Below are positions 1 to 12,230 of a DNA stretch of 64,000 nt, piece by piece (the first letter of the stretch is position 1; the number at the start of each line of letters is the position of its first letter). Both the position numbers and the translations under genes were made by a program. Origin of the DNA: Callorhinchus milii (Eukaryota); assembly GCF_018977255.1 (NCBI RefSeq), contig NW_024704743.1, forward strand, positions 39,310,001 through 39,374,000, written 5' to 3'. Below the pieces are notes generated by a model. That model was not told the DNA's origin and did no database searches. It worked only from the letters and a program-made list of their open reading frames with translations.

Positions 1-547
1 TTATATCCAATGATCAGTGTTATAATGTTGCAGCAATTTTTTTTAAATCGGAAAGCTGTCAAGCCATTATGTGCTTGTGCATGTATAAAAAATATACAGG
101 GTCAATCTCAGTGGGTCTATTATGTTTGGAAGTGTATTATTTTCCAAACTGTTTCACTTTCAGCTGTGAATATGTTTAGATTAAGAGGTTCTCAAAGACA
201 ATAGCCAAGTTTGTTTGTTAACACCTCAAATTGAAAGAGTCCCTTGAAGCTTCCCCGAAACTTGGATCAATATTTTGTTAAGATCAAAGGTTTGGCAGGT
301 GTTAGCAGACCTCAGAAGTGGTTCATCTGGAGAGACCAGAGAGGGAACAAGAGAACGGCAGGTCAGGACCTCAAAACAAAGAGAGAGAGAGCGAGAAGCC
401 CTGATTGTTTGTTGGTTCTGTACTGTGGAAGAAAAAGTACCATTCTGCAAGAAAAAAAGAAAAAAACGGTTGTCGGTAAAGCTTTCCATCTTTTCCACGG
501 CATTAATTCCTTTACTTACCAATTTTAAAGTCTGTGTATTCAGTGCA

Positions 548-596
548 TATATATATATATGTAGATATATATATATAGATATGTACATATATATAT
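548..596. repeat. (TA)n-rich microsatellite
   Basis: Interrupted ATATAT... run seen directly. Confidence 0.9.
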
Positions 597-1579
597 GTCT
601 AGGGTTCCAAATTAAACGCTTCCTTAGTTGGAAAATAAGCTTACGTGACTGTTGATATATTTGCGATCTTGTTCCGTGGAGATTCAGGATTTACTGGTGT
701 TTTATTGTTTACTCGGGTTAGTTTAAGCTTGCATTTATATATTGCCCCTCACATAGGGTAGCAGTCCAGAGCGCTTGAGTAAACAGTATGTGCTGCAGAA
801 TAAGCTTAGAGGGAGCAAAGCCAGGTGCAGTTTAAATTTGCAGTGACCAAGAAAAGGACTGCAAAGGTCATCGATGGGGATAAGCCAGACAATCAGTAAC
901 ATTGTGACAAATGTACCTGCCACTTGTGCTTTCAATGTCTGTAGTTCCAACATCTTCAAGATTTTCTAACAAATGGACAATTGCTTCTTGGTGGTGTGTC
1001 AGTTCTTTAGTCTGTTGCCCTCTGACCCCTTCTGTAAGATGCACATTTCACCTTTGAACAAAAGAGCAATGGAGATGGGGGGGATGATGAATTCGCCCTT
1101 GGAAAATCCTTCCTCTCTCATCATGGCCTATTTCTTGTAATTTGCATAATCTTCTTGTTTTCACGCATTTGCAAGACAGATATTTATTATCCTTTCTACC
1201 CGTACATTTTTCTTTACCATTTATATAATTTATAACTTGAACTATGCCCAAATATACACATGCGTCCTATTGTCCTGCCCGATTCTGATGTTAGTATTTA
1301 CATTTAATACTGTTCTTTAGCTTGTATAGTTCCTGCCATCAGAACCCATCTTGTCACCTTGTGAACAATTTTGCCTTATTCGGCAATGTGGAATTTTGAG
1401 TTCATTACTTCCAGTTTGTAAAATGTACTGAACATTTGATGTTTAAGTATTGAGGAATTTCAAGCTCTTTATGTTCCTGTCAATTTAAAATAAATCAGCG
1501 AATGCACTTGCTTCTCCTTCCCCACTGCATTAAAAAATGCCAAAGTAGGTGACAGCTAATTTTTTCTTTACATTGATGG

Positions 1580-1775
1580 GGCAGATAGGATGGGGGATAT
1601 GAAGCAGGCCAGTGTTCACTGCGCCAAGGGAGCGACCAGATTGATGTGATTAGAAGAGGTCACAGAGATACTGTGGGGTGAGGCCCTAGAGGGATTTGAA
1701 CTTAAGAACAATGATCTTGAACTCGATCCGCTGGGGGATGGGGAGCCAGTGGAGCGAGGGTAGGGGTGATGGACT
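1580..1775 (-). mobile_element. L2 LINE fragment (3' part of ORF2)
   Basis: ggatttgaa...gatcttgaactcgatccg...ggggatggggagccagtggag matches the segment seen in the longer L2 copies (LHWLP...RI.FK.L on the minus strand). Confidence 0.8.
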
Positions 1776-1932
1776 TGATGCATACACGAGAGAGAAGGAA
1801 ATAGAGTGATATAGAAGAGGGATATATGAGAGGGGAACAGGAGAGGTGGAGGCTTGTGTGGAGTATAACCTCTGCGTGGACTAGTTGGGCTGAATGGCCT
1901 GTTTTTGTGCTGTATTTCTCTATGCATGTATG
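1776..1932 (+). mobile_element. CR1 LINE 3' end
   Basis: gggctgaatggcctgttt..tgtgctgta...ctatg tail typical of chondrichthyan CR1 3' ends. Confidence 0.7.
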
Positions 1933-2544
1933 AAATTCGTCTGGTCCCTGAAGATTCCAAGCAATCTTCTTTGGAACAGGAGCAACATGAACAGGTTTAT
2001 AGTTCCAAATGATTCAGAGTATTTACAGAAGAAATCTGGTGCATTAAAAAGCATAAGGTTTTACAGTGTGTTAAAATCCCCTGGTACATAAAGTATGAAT
2101 CAACTTGTCTGGTTTGACAACTACAGGTAAAATTTATGTGGAACAGTTCACCACATTGCCGTTGAAACAGATTGGCAATCAGAGGTGATCCTTCAAATTA
2201 CTGAAGAATCTTATTGTTGCTGCAGGTCTTAGTGTGCTGACGGAATGCTTTATGCTCTGGTTTTTATCTCATTGAAGTATATTAGGGATGATATGGCATG
2301 AGACAGCTTCTGTTTTCAATATATTTGGGGAATGGCTTAATGGACTTCCTCTCGATGTGAAATTATAGATGCAATTTATTGTTGTTAATCACTTTAAAAG
2401 ACTTCATTGGGCATTGTTTATTGTCCAACAACCAGATTGAAACTCTGCTTATAATCCTGCACCTATGGAGATTTAGGGAAATGGAGCAAATGTGGCATCT
2501 TGCTTCAACATAAAACAACCTACAATGCGCTGTGAATAAATAAC

Positions 2545-2712
2545 AACTTTTAAGAGGGAAATAGATAATTATTTGGGGAGGACAAGTTTGCAGGACTATG
2601 GGGAGAGCGTGGGGGAGTGGGATTAAATTAGAAGCTCTTTTCAAAGAGCCGGTACAGACACGACAGGTCAAATGGCTTCCTTCTGTGCTGTTTGAATCTA
2701 TGATTCTATGAA
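2545..2712 (+). mobile_element. CR1 LINE 3' end
   Basis: ttcaaagagccggtacagacacgacaggtcaaatggcttccttctgtgctg followed by an (attctatg)-type tail. Confidence 0.8.
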
Positions 2713-2724
2713 ATTCTTGTTTTA

Positions 2725-2860
2725 TGATAATAATAATCCTTGGATTTGATATAGCGCTTTTCACGTCTTCTCGACGTCTCAAAGTGCTTCACAGAATAGA
2801 TTGTAAAGTGAATTGACTGTATATTTGTGGGCAAAACGTGGCAGCCAATCGCGCAAAGCA
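2725..2860 (-). mobile_element. SINE 3' portion (L2-type tail)
   Basis: (ATA)n-tccttggatttgatatagcgcttttcacg... matches the 3' end of the full SINE at 9741-10078. Confidence 0.85.
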
Positions 2861-2899
2861 TTTATGCTAAATTAAATCAGTTAGGTGAGTGATTTTTTG

Positions 2900-3260
2900 G
2901 GTCAGCTAGATGTTTGACAAATGCAGAATATATGCCACCTATACATGGAAATTTCCCTGTGTCTGGAATGGAATTCACTCTCTCCTCCCTGGAGGGTCAT
3001 AAGATGTTTATCGAATTCCAGAGAGTGTTAGGCATTCTACCCATTAGGTTTTGGCTTTCATGGTTAATGGGAGCTGAGTTGGACAGAAAGCACAATTCTC
3101 TGATTTGAGCATAATTATTGGACTGGGCAATGGAATATCTCATTGCTCCCGATTCCACAGAACAGCCTATTTGAACATCAAAAAATAGGATACCGGCTTA
3201 ATTCAGTTGGCATCCTGTAAAGCAACATTCAGCTACTGCCTCTGAGCTCATGACATTTAT
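2900..3260 (+). repeat. Unclassified old interspersed repeat 'family X', copy 1
   Basis: Shares ccctgtgtctggaatggaat and downstream blocks with 4200-4700 and, inverted, with 11960-12230. Confidence 0.6.
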
Positions 3261-4199
3261 TTTTTTTGTGCTGAGTTTCACTTGGCCCACATCAAAGGTG
3301 GCAGACAAAGAATTTTCAAAAGTTCCTACAGAGCAAAATGTTATGCCAAAATTGTGGAACTATTCAGATTGAAATTGTTATGCAGTTTCACAACAGTTTC
3401 AAATTGTAAGAAAAGTCATTAATTTCTCTCCCCCCCACCATATGCAACTTATAATACTTTACACAATTTATATTTATATAATGTCTTTCATCGGGAGACT
3501 GGGGCAAATGTTTGAGGGAAGCGATGCAGTGAGCAATGCGCACAATATATTTGTTCTGTTTTAAACAGAATTTTATCCTGTATCTTTTGTTATTATATTC
3601 ACATGATGCAGGCAAACTGCTGCTACTGTGCCAGGAATAATAAGACGATCTTTCAAATTGTTGACACATGCTTCACTGGCTGCAACGTCTCACTAGGGCT
3701 AATCAGTTTAACTTAACTTTTGACTGGACAAATTAGTTCAATGGATATAGTGGCATTGATCGTGTTTGTGTTATGTTAACATTTACTGCTTTATATTATC
3801 TGGGCCAAAACAAGCTTGGTTGGAATTTGTTATCTGTACTTATTGGCAGTCGAGTAGTAAATGAATACAATAAGTCTTATTTGCGGATTTGGTTGACAGA
3901 TTGTTTTGACTCAGTTTTTGTTTCGCAAGCAAAGTTGGGTACAGGCTCCATCATTCCCAACAAGGTTTATACTAATATACTCTAAGTTGCAGGCCACAAA
4001 TGTGAAAAAGTGGATATCTATTATTCCCCTAAACTACTCAGCCCAGTAGTTAAGCTCCTAAGAGGTCATTAGAAAATATGAGAGGTACTACAACAATTTG
4101 CATTTATATAGCACCCTTTACCAAGGTTGTGCTTAATAGGTACAGGATCACAGTTGATCAGAAATTATAGCTGCACTCTCCAGTTATGACACTGAATGT

Positions 4200-4700
4200 T
4201 ATGGATTTGATTTCAGTCTATCAGTTGTCTGACACATGTGGAAATCCACCACCATGCTTAAGAGTATCCAAACCAGACTTAGACTTCTACATATTACATG
4301 TAAGTATATGTACACACCTACACACAAAAATGTCCCTGTGTCTGGAATGGAATATATAATCTCTTTGTAGAGGGATATGCCCTTTTTACCTAATTCTGTA
4401 GAATATTGGGCATAGGTTGGCAAGTTTTCCATTGAGAGAAGTCTCTGGCAAGTTTCCCGTTACTTGTTCAGCTTGGACCATATAACCTCTTAGGACTTTG
4501 GCTTATTGGGGCTAACAAGAGCTGAGTGGGAAGAATCCCTGTCTGTCTCTCCAAATTCTGCTGACAAGCCAAGCTGGCTGATCTGTCACCAGCTATGTCT
4601 TGGAATTCTGCAGACCCAACTGGCTCAGAAACTGGGCTACCAAAACCACTGCAGGTGATTGATTGAATTCTGACATTTCAATCACATTGGAGCCAGCTCA
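4200..4700 (+). repeat. Family X, copy 2
   Basis: atgcttaagagtatccaaacca is the reverse complement of tggtttggatactcttaagcat near 12160; also carries ccctgtgtctggaatggaat and acctaattc. Confidence 0.7.
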
Positions 4701-5084
4701 GGAAATCCTGCTTGCATTCCCCCACCCCATATACTATGTTAAATCAGAAGTCATGACTCTTGGGGCAGATTCCAAAAAAAAAGGGATTTCCATTCACAAG
4801 GCCAAATGCCAAAAAATACTTCAGTGGTTTAACATTTCTTGAAGTTTTAGCTCTTAGATCTTTCAAAATTTGGTATGATCTTAAATTTTAAGACAATAGT
4901 TTTAAGGCAGATGTCATGTGGATTTTCGGGATGCTGACACATGGACTAGGCATGGCTCCCACATTCTGAGGGCTGTGTGGAAGGAACTACCATCCAGGCA
5001 TGAGGCTGAGAGAGAGAGAGCGTGCAAGATCAGGTGTTAGCCTGATTGACTTGGGGGGTGGGAGAGAAATTTTTTTTTTTTGAA

Positions 5085-5512
5085 ATGTGACAGCCTGGCT
5101 CAATGGGTAACACTCTCAACCATGAGAAGGTTGTAGTTTCAAGCCCCACATTGTGACTTAGGACCCATATGGTTTATGCTGACACTCCAATGTAGTGCTG
5201 GTGGTGTGCTGCATTGTTGGAGATGCGGTCCTTTGCATGAGATGTTAAACCAAATCTGCCTGTTCAGATGTTAAAGATCCAAGGCACTATTCGAAAAGAG
5301 AAGGGAGTTTCTCCCGGTATCTTCGCCAAAAATTCCCTCAATAAAACTGGTCATTCACTCCATGGCTGTTTGTGGGACACTACTTTCCACAAATTGCCTG
5401 CTGTATTCGCCCACAGGGTACACAATTACTCTGCAGTATATCCTGTGAAGCGCTTTGAAAAGCTGTCTTGACATGGAAGGTGATGTTTGAAATGAAAGGA
5501 TTATTATTGTTA
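5085..5512 (+). mobile_element. tRNA-headed Deu-domain SINE (SacSINE1/AmnSINE1-related), near full length
   Basis: Head tggctcaatgggtaacactctc...gtttcaagcccc; Deu-like core gagatgttaaacc...ggctgtttgtgggacac; L2-type tail ending in (ATT)n. Confidence 0.85.
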
Positions 5513-5564
5513 TAATAAACAAAACATATACTATGCAAAATGTTAGCCAAATTTCCTAATTCCT

Positions 5565-5822
5565 CACCCCTCTGTTTACCTAGCAGTAAGTAGGAACCCT
5601 GTTGTTTCTCGATTGGCGGATCGCTTTTCCGGGTGTAATAATCCCTTTTTAAAAAAATTTGATTACTCAGTCCCTGAATGTTTGTGGGACACTGCTGTGC
5701 ACAATTGGCTGCTGCATTTTGCTCCAAAAATATTGTCAATTCACTTTACAATATATTCTGTGAAGCGCTTTGAGACGACTAGAAGACATGAAAATGTATC
5801 AAATGCAAAGATTATTATATAT
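5565..5822 (+). mobile_element. tRNA-Ala-type SINE lacking its head
   Basis: cctctgtttacctagcagtaagtaggaaccc matches the 58811 copy; shared 3' half present. Confidence 0.85.
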
Positions 5823-6039
5823 TCTTCCAACCTCAGTGAAGCTCAGCAAACATGATTGTGCTAAATGATAAATATAATGAATAAATGAATAATAAACAAC
5901 TGATCCAAATATAAGGGATATGCAAGGATTATTATATGGATGGATTACAGGGATCATGAAAAAAAACAATGGTCAGCAATATAGGAGACATCACTACATA
6001 CAGCACTCAAATTTACCTATTATGTTCTAAATTAATACA

Positions 6040-6476
6040 GTATGGGATCCCATCACATCAGTCCTTGCCAGGCTCCACTGGCTCCCAATAACCGAAAGGA
6101 TCTATTTCAAGGTCCTCTCACTCGTTTTCAAATCCCTTAATTGCCCGCACCTACTTTCCCATCTGACCTGTTTGCACCCCAATCCACCACCCACTGCTTC
6201 CGCTCAGCTGGCTCCGGTCTCCTGTTTGTCCGCTCCACCATTGATGGTCATGCCTTCAGCCAATACGGCCCGAAACTCTGGAAATCTCTACCTCAATCTC
6301 CCTGCCTTGCCCTCTCCCTCCCCACTTTCAAATCCCGCCTAAATACCCTTTTTGATCATGTTTAGAGTCACCTCCCCATGCCATCTCTCCCTGGCTTGTT
6401 GTCAGACTCTGCCACTGTCAAGCGCTCTGGGACGCTACCCCGCATGAAAGCCGCTATATAAATGGAAGTTGTTGTT
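6040..6476 (+). mobile_element. 5'-truncated L2 LINE
   Basis: ctccactggctccc...gccttcagcc...aaactctgg; ends gcgctctgggacg...ctatataaatggaagttgttgtt. Confidence 0.9.
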
Positions 6477-7550
6477 GGAAATTATCTGCAGTTTTATATC
6501 CTATGAGCAAACGGGGCTTTTGTCAAATGGACCCGTAGTGGACTGATATTTACTGTCTCTGATATAAGCAATGAATTCCTTGTGTGAACATAGAAACATT
6601 TTAATAAGAGTCTTTTAAAGGATATTGCCAAGGAAATTTTTTTTCATACAATAGGATTCGGCACAGTTGATATGAGGTTCCGTTGTCTTACTTGAGTGAG
6701 TTGTGCCCAGTATTATTGTAGCTCACAGGGAATAGATCATGTGTGTGGAATGAAGCAGTCACCCTGTCACACTTTGGGAAAATGAAAATCTTCATGACTT
6801 GGACAAACAAATCATTGAAAATAAATTGGTGCCACAGAAAGATCTGGAGCAACATTGCTTTAGGATAAGCAAGAAAAATAGTCACTGGAGCCTGAAGCAC
6901 AGCCCACAGAGCTTGAGAAGGAACCATATTGGATTAAAACTTGGCTAATGCTGTATAACGGGATGTTCTTAATGAAGTATGGAATGGTATACAATGCTGG
7001 TTGCAGTACTCTTCCAATTAGATTTCAGAAATAATATTAACCCTATGAAAGTATTATTTTAAAGTGGAAAATGATCAGAACTAAACAGTTTTTATGAAAT
7101 GGATTATTTTGACATGGCAAAACTCACATTTTTTTATGGATACAGAGACGATAACTGTCCCTTTCACTTACATTCATTCTCTCTGCGTTTCTTGGAAGAG
7201 CACTTCTGAGGAATAGCCTTTTGTGTTTTCTGGTCCTCATCAGCAATGATCCAATGTTCAAAAGGTCAAATGTTATAACCCCAATCTGGGAAGGACAGGC
7301 ATCTGCTCAGCTCAAATGGCAAGTGTTTATCCAAAGACAGTGAATAATAGCTTAGGACATCGAATGGCACTATATAAATGCAAGTTGTTTTTGTTGAATT
7401 TTTGTTGTCCAAAAACCTTCCCTGGACCCATCCCTGCTCTCCAGTTACTTCAGCATCTCCAACCTCCCTTTCCTTTCCAAGGTCCTGGAATGACCATTGC
7501 TTCTCAGCTTTGTTCCTTCCTCTCCCGCCACTCCCTATATGGATCCCTCC

Positions 7551-8980
7551 AACAACAGCAACAAAATTACATTTATAGAGCGCCTTTCACATCGGGAGGA
7601 TGTCCCAAAGTGTTGAACAGTCAGGGGTCGGGACCCGAGCATGGGGGAGGGGTGGTGCAGGGGCAAGGGAAGGCAGAGAGATGGGAGGGCGACCAAAGGC
7701 ATGATTGAAGAGAAGGGTCTTGAGACCGGCCTTGAAGGAGGCAAGGGAGGAAGCGAGGCAAAGGGACTGTGGGGTGGAGTTCCAGAGTATAGGGGCAGAA
7801 AGGCTGAAAGCCCGGTCACCGATGGTAGGGCTGGTCGGGCGGGAGACATGGAGCAGACTGGAGGCCGCTGAATGGAGGGAACAGGCAGGTTGATAGGGAG
7901 TCAACAGGTCAGAGAGGTAGGAGGGGGCAAGGCCATGGATGAGGACGAGGATCTTGAATTCGATCCTCTAAGGGATGGGGAGCCAGTGGAGCCAGGCGAG
8001 GGTGGGAGTGATGGGGTCATGGAGGCTGGTGCCGTGAGTACACGAGCTGCAGAGTTTTGGATGATCTGCAGCTTGTGAAGGGAAGAGTTGGGAAGGCTGA
8101 TGAGGAGCAAGTTTCCGTAATCGAGCATTGATGTGACGAATGCGTGAGTGAGGGTTTTGGCAGCCTGAAGGGTGAGGCAGTGGAGGAGTCTGGCAATGTT
8201 GCGGAGGTGGTGTTAGGCAGTGCCGGTCATACCGCGGATGTGGGGGAGAAAGGACAGTTCAGGGTCAAACAAGACACCCAGGTTCCTGACTGGCTTAGTG
8301 AGGTTGAGTGTGCAGCCGTGGAGGATAAAGCTGCCAGCGCCCGAGGTGCGGAGGAGCTGGCACGAGCCAATCAGGAGGGCTTCTGTCTTGCTGACGTTCA
8401 GCTGGAGAAAGTTGTCCCTCGTCCAGGACTTGATATCGGACAGGCAGTCGGTCAGGACGCCAGTAGTCCTGGAGTTGAGGGTGGAGGCAGAGAGATAGAG
8501 TTGGGTGTCATCCGAATACATGTGAAAATTTACCCCATGTCTGTGGATGATGTCACCAAGGGGGAGCGTGTAGAGGGTGAAGAGGAGGGGACCGAGGACA
8601 GAGCCCTGAGGAACACCACACAACATGGTGCGGGGCTGGAGGAGAAGCCGTTTGCTGCGGCAAAGTGGAGGCGGTGTAAAAGATAGGACGTGCACCAGTC
8701 AAGGACAGAACCTTGAAGGTTGAGGTGGGAGGAGATGCGGTGGAGGCAGATTGAATGGTCCACAATGTCAAAGGTGGCGGAGAGGTCGAGGAGGACTAGG
8801 AGGCAGAGGGAGCCCTGTTCGCACATGGTCAGGATGTCATTTGTAACTTGACCAGAGCATTTTTCGTGCTGTGGGCAGTACGGAAACCCGATTGGAGGGG
8901 ATCATGGCGGGAGTGGGAGGAGAGGAATGAGCGAAACTGTGAGGCAATGGCTCTCTCAAGGACCTTGGATAGGAAAGGGA
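7551..8980 (-). mobile_element. L2 LINE, 5'-truncated, about 1.4 kb, frameshifted RT
   Basis: Minus-strand ORFs give [42 protein letters not shown] and LQIIQNSAAR; (AAC)n tail at the left end. Confidence 0.97.
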
Positions 8981-9740
8981 TTACCCACCATTGCCCCATA
9001 CATTTTTGTTAGGTAAGGGTTTCAAGGGATATGGAGCAAGGGTGGGTAATTGGAACTCCAATCGAGTTTCCATACTAATAATAATTCAAGGCTGTTTCAT
9101 GTAAATAAATGTCTTGAAGCACTTCACCAAATGTTTTTGGTATGAAATGACTGCTGTTAACATAGCAGCTGATTTGAACCAGCAACAGCCTGTAAAAAAT
9201 TAACTTGAATTTGGGAGAAAATTGGACAGGAAGAGGAATATAAACCAGGATAACCAGAGGAAGACCCCATTTCTTTGAAATTACAATGGCAAAGCAGTAG
9301 CTTTAAGTTCACCTGAATCACAAGGCAGATGAACGTATAGGTTACTAACTGTAGCTACAACAACAGCAACTTGCATTTATGTTTTGTCCTTCACGCTGGA
9401 TCGGTCTTGGAACGCTTGCTATAAGGGCTTGCATGCTTCAGGAAAAAACATTTTCATGTTTTTGTGTTTTGAAGTTTCTCAAGCTAAGAATTCTAAGTTT
9501 GTTTTCAGAATGTTACTTTTTCTTTCATCTGTTAAAAAATTTATCATTTTCATGATTTAATAACTTGCAGCTCAGTCAATCTTAGATTACACTCAACCAT
9601 GTGCTAATTAGGATGGTAATAATTAAAGATCCAGCAAGTTATAGACTGGAAGAGAACAGGACTGTTTTAAAGCACAAGTCTAAATGTAATGCTTTTAATC
9701 TGGTCTGAGTCCTCAACTCCAGTATAAAACTATCTGCAAT

Positions 9741-10078
9741 TATAATAATAATAATAATAATAATAATAATCCTGGCATTTGATATAGCGCTTTTCACGTC
9801 GGGAGGACGTCCCAAAGCGCTTCACAGAACACACTGTAAAGTGAATTGACTGTATATTTGTGGGCGAACGCGGCAGCCAATTGCGCACAGCAGTGTCCCA
9901 CAAACAGTCGTAGATTGAAAATGACCAATTTATTATTGTTTGGGGTTTTGGAGGGATTATTATTAGGCTCTGTGTGGAGTAAGGAAACTTGCCCAAGGTT
10001 TCGCCCTGTGCCTGGAATTGAACTCAGGTCTCTCACTTGCAAAGCGAGTGCTCTAACCACTGAGCTACAGGACTCCAC
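9741..10078 (-). mobile_element. Full-length tRNA-Ala-derived SINE with L2-type tail
   Basis: Minus strand: A box TAGCTCAGTGG, anticodon-like arm ctcgc-tttgcaa-gtgag, B box GTTCAATTCC, (ATT)n tail. Confidence 0.93.
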
Positions 10079-10207
10079 AGTTTATAATCATCAGTAGATT
10101 GAACAAATATAACTGCAAACTAATGGTGACATTTTGAAAACTCATTTAGCACAGTTTTTGGCCTGCTAAGCTTATTCACTACCCTTGTTTTACTAAGCTT
10201 GTTTACT

Positions 10208-10937
10208 ACAATTACTTTACTACTAAAAATAATAAATTTGTAAACGGATGAAAGAAAAAAGTAACATTACTCCAGCACTTATAGCTTGTCTTCCCACAAA
10301 GGGTAATGGAAATCTGAAACTCTCTCTCACGTGCTGGATCCATTCAAGTTTTTAAGACTGAGGTGAATACATTTTTGTTAGGTAAGGATTTCAAGGGATA
10401 TGGGGTTATTGGAATTGAGCTAGAGATCAGCCATGATTTTATATAATAACAGAACAGGCTCGAGGGGCTGAATGGCCTACTCCTATTCCTATGTTCCTAT
10501 GTTTAAGAAATTCAGGCATTTGTCATCATAAGAATGGTTTGGGTGAAGAAACTCTTCCGCCATTTTAATATGATCCTTCCAGAATACCCACCTTACTATC
10601 TGTAGGAAATGCTGTAAAACAATGTAAGTCTCAATGATGTGATAAGGTACTATATTAAATGTAAAGATTATTATTGTGTCTTTAATTCAACATGCTGTAT
10701 ACACTTGCCACTCAATGTCCAGTTCCTCACATTATTTTGCCTCCCTGACTCTTTATTGGATTTGAAAGTTTAAATACTTTTAAATATTTATTCATGAAAC
10801 GATTTGGTCTCTCTGTCCAAGAGAGTTTCAGATTTCCATTACCCTTTGTGGGAAGACAAGCTATAAGTGCTGGAGGAATGTTACTTTTTTCTTTCATCCG
10901 TTTAGAAATTTATTATTTTTAGTAGTAAAGTAATTGT
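10208..10937. repeat. 118-bp inverted repeat (10208-10325 / 10820-10937)
   Basis: Arms are reverse complements with 2 mismatches by manual comparison. Confidence 0.95.
10285..10502 (+). mobile_element. CR1 LINE 3' end
   Basis: gatcagccatgat...caggctcgaggggctgaatggcctactcct...cctatgttcctatg. Confidence 0.9.
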
Positions 10938-11959
10938 TTTACTAAGCTGATACAATCTATAACTGAGAGATTGGGAGCTACCTGTTTGTGGGCTGATGGT
11001 GCTCTGAACCAGATGGTGGGAGCTGTTGGAAGCAACTTACACATACAGCTGCTCTGATTCTCTATTTCACCTGTGGCTGGCATTAGCCATTCATTGATAC
11101 AAGGCATCAAACTTTCATTCTAAAGGCCAACCTGCAACACACTGATGCTCCATCATCTGGTACCACTACCCCCACCATTCTGTTACAATGATACATACAT
11201 CACTGCCTTGTAAATCTATTCTTGTTCATCACAAACTGCTGTTTCTGGATTGCAGTTCAAATGAGGTCACTCATTACTCTTACAGTCTTTTCTTTTTTAT
11301 AATTAAGTGTTAAGTTTCTTCAGTATCGTTTATGGTCTTTTTTTACATCCTGAAAGCACTCATAAAATTTACTCCAGAATGCAAATCATGTCAGAATGTC
11401 TCTTCCTTTTCACTTTGCATTTCCACAAATCCATTTGATCTTCCCTCTAGCTCCACTCCCCACTGCTTGATACAACTTTACTGAACATTTCCCTCATCTT
11501 TTCATTAGGAATATTTCAGCTCTCCAACAGGAATGTCAATTTTAACATGTTTAAATCTTATGTTTTTTCTTCCTCTTTGTCCCTTACTGATATTTCATAT
11601 GTCCTAGAACTGTCTCTAGCTCATGTTTATTCATCTACCTCCCACTAGCAGCATCCAACAATCTGTCCATCTCTGCCTTCTCTAATCTCATTCTCTCGCT
11701 TGATGGTTCCATACTATACAGTCTGGATTTAACTTTATTTGGGTTGTATACACCCACGCCATGCTGTTGTTTTGGTGAAGCTAGAACACTTCTTTCAAGT
11801 TTTATTCTTAAAATCAAAGTTAATTTGCAGAACTGGTTAACTGAAGTTGAGCTTTGCAGTTGTCAGGCTTGTTGTTTTAGTACTTCTGATTGTGGTTCTT
11901 TAAACTGAGAACATTTTTCTGATTTGCTACATAAATACACAGTATGAATGAGGTTGAGG

Positions 11960-12230
11960 TGATTTTCGCTAGAGTCCAGCTGTTGTTACAAACCAACACT
12001 CACTCTGGGGTCCCCAAGACTTGGCTCGTGCCAACCTGTATCTAATACTTTCCGGAATTAGGTAAGCAGGAATTGTCTCTCCAAGCAGAGTTTACATTCC
12101 ATTCCAACAATCTATCTCTGGGATTTCCATGTGTAGGTGGGATGCATGGAAATCTCAGCTTGGTTTGGATACTCTTAAGCATAGTGATGGGTTTCCGCAT
12201 TTGTCAGACACCGGCTGACCAAACAAAATT
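11960..12230 (-). repeat. Family X, copy 3
   Basis: Reverse-complement similarity to 4200-4430; the ORF track shows SLVWILLS-like text in both copies on opposite strands. Confidence 0.7.

Noticed and set aside
10000..10078. tRNA-Ala gene
   Set aside because: A and B boxes and the anticodon arm are present, but it is the head of a multi-copy SINE and I see no proper acceptor stem.
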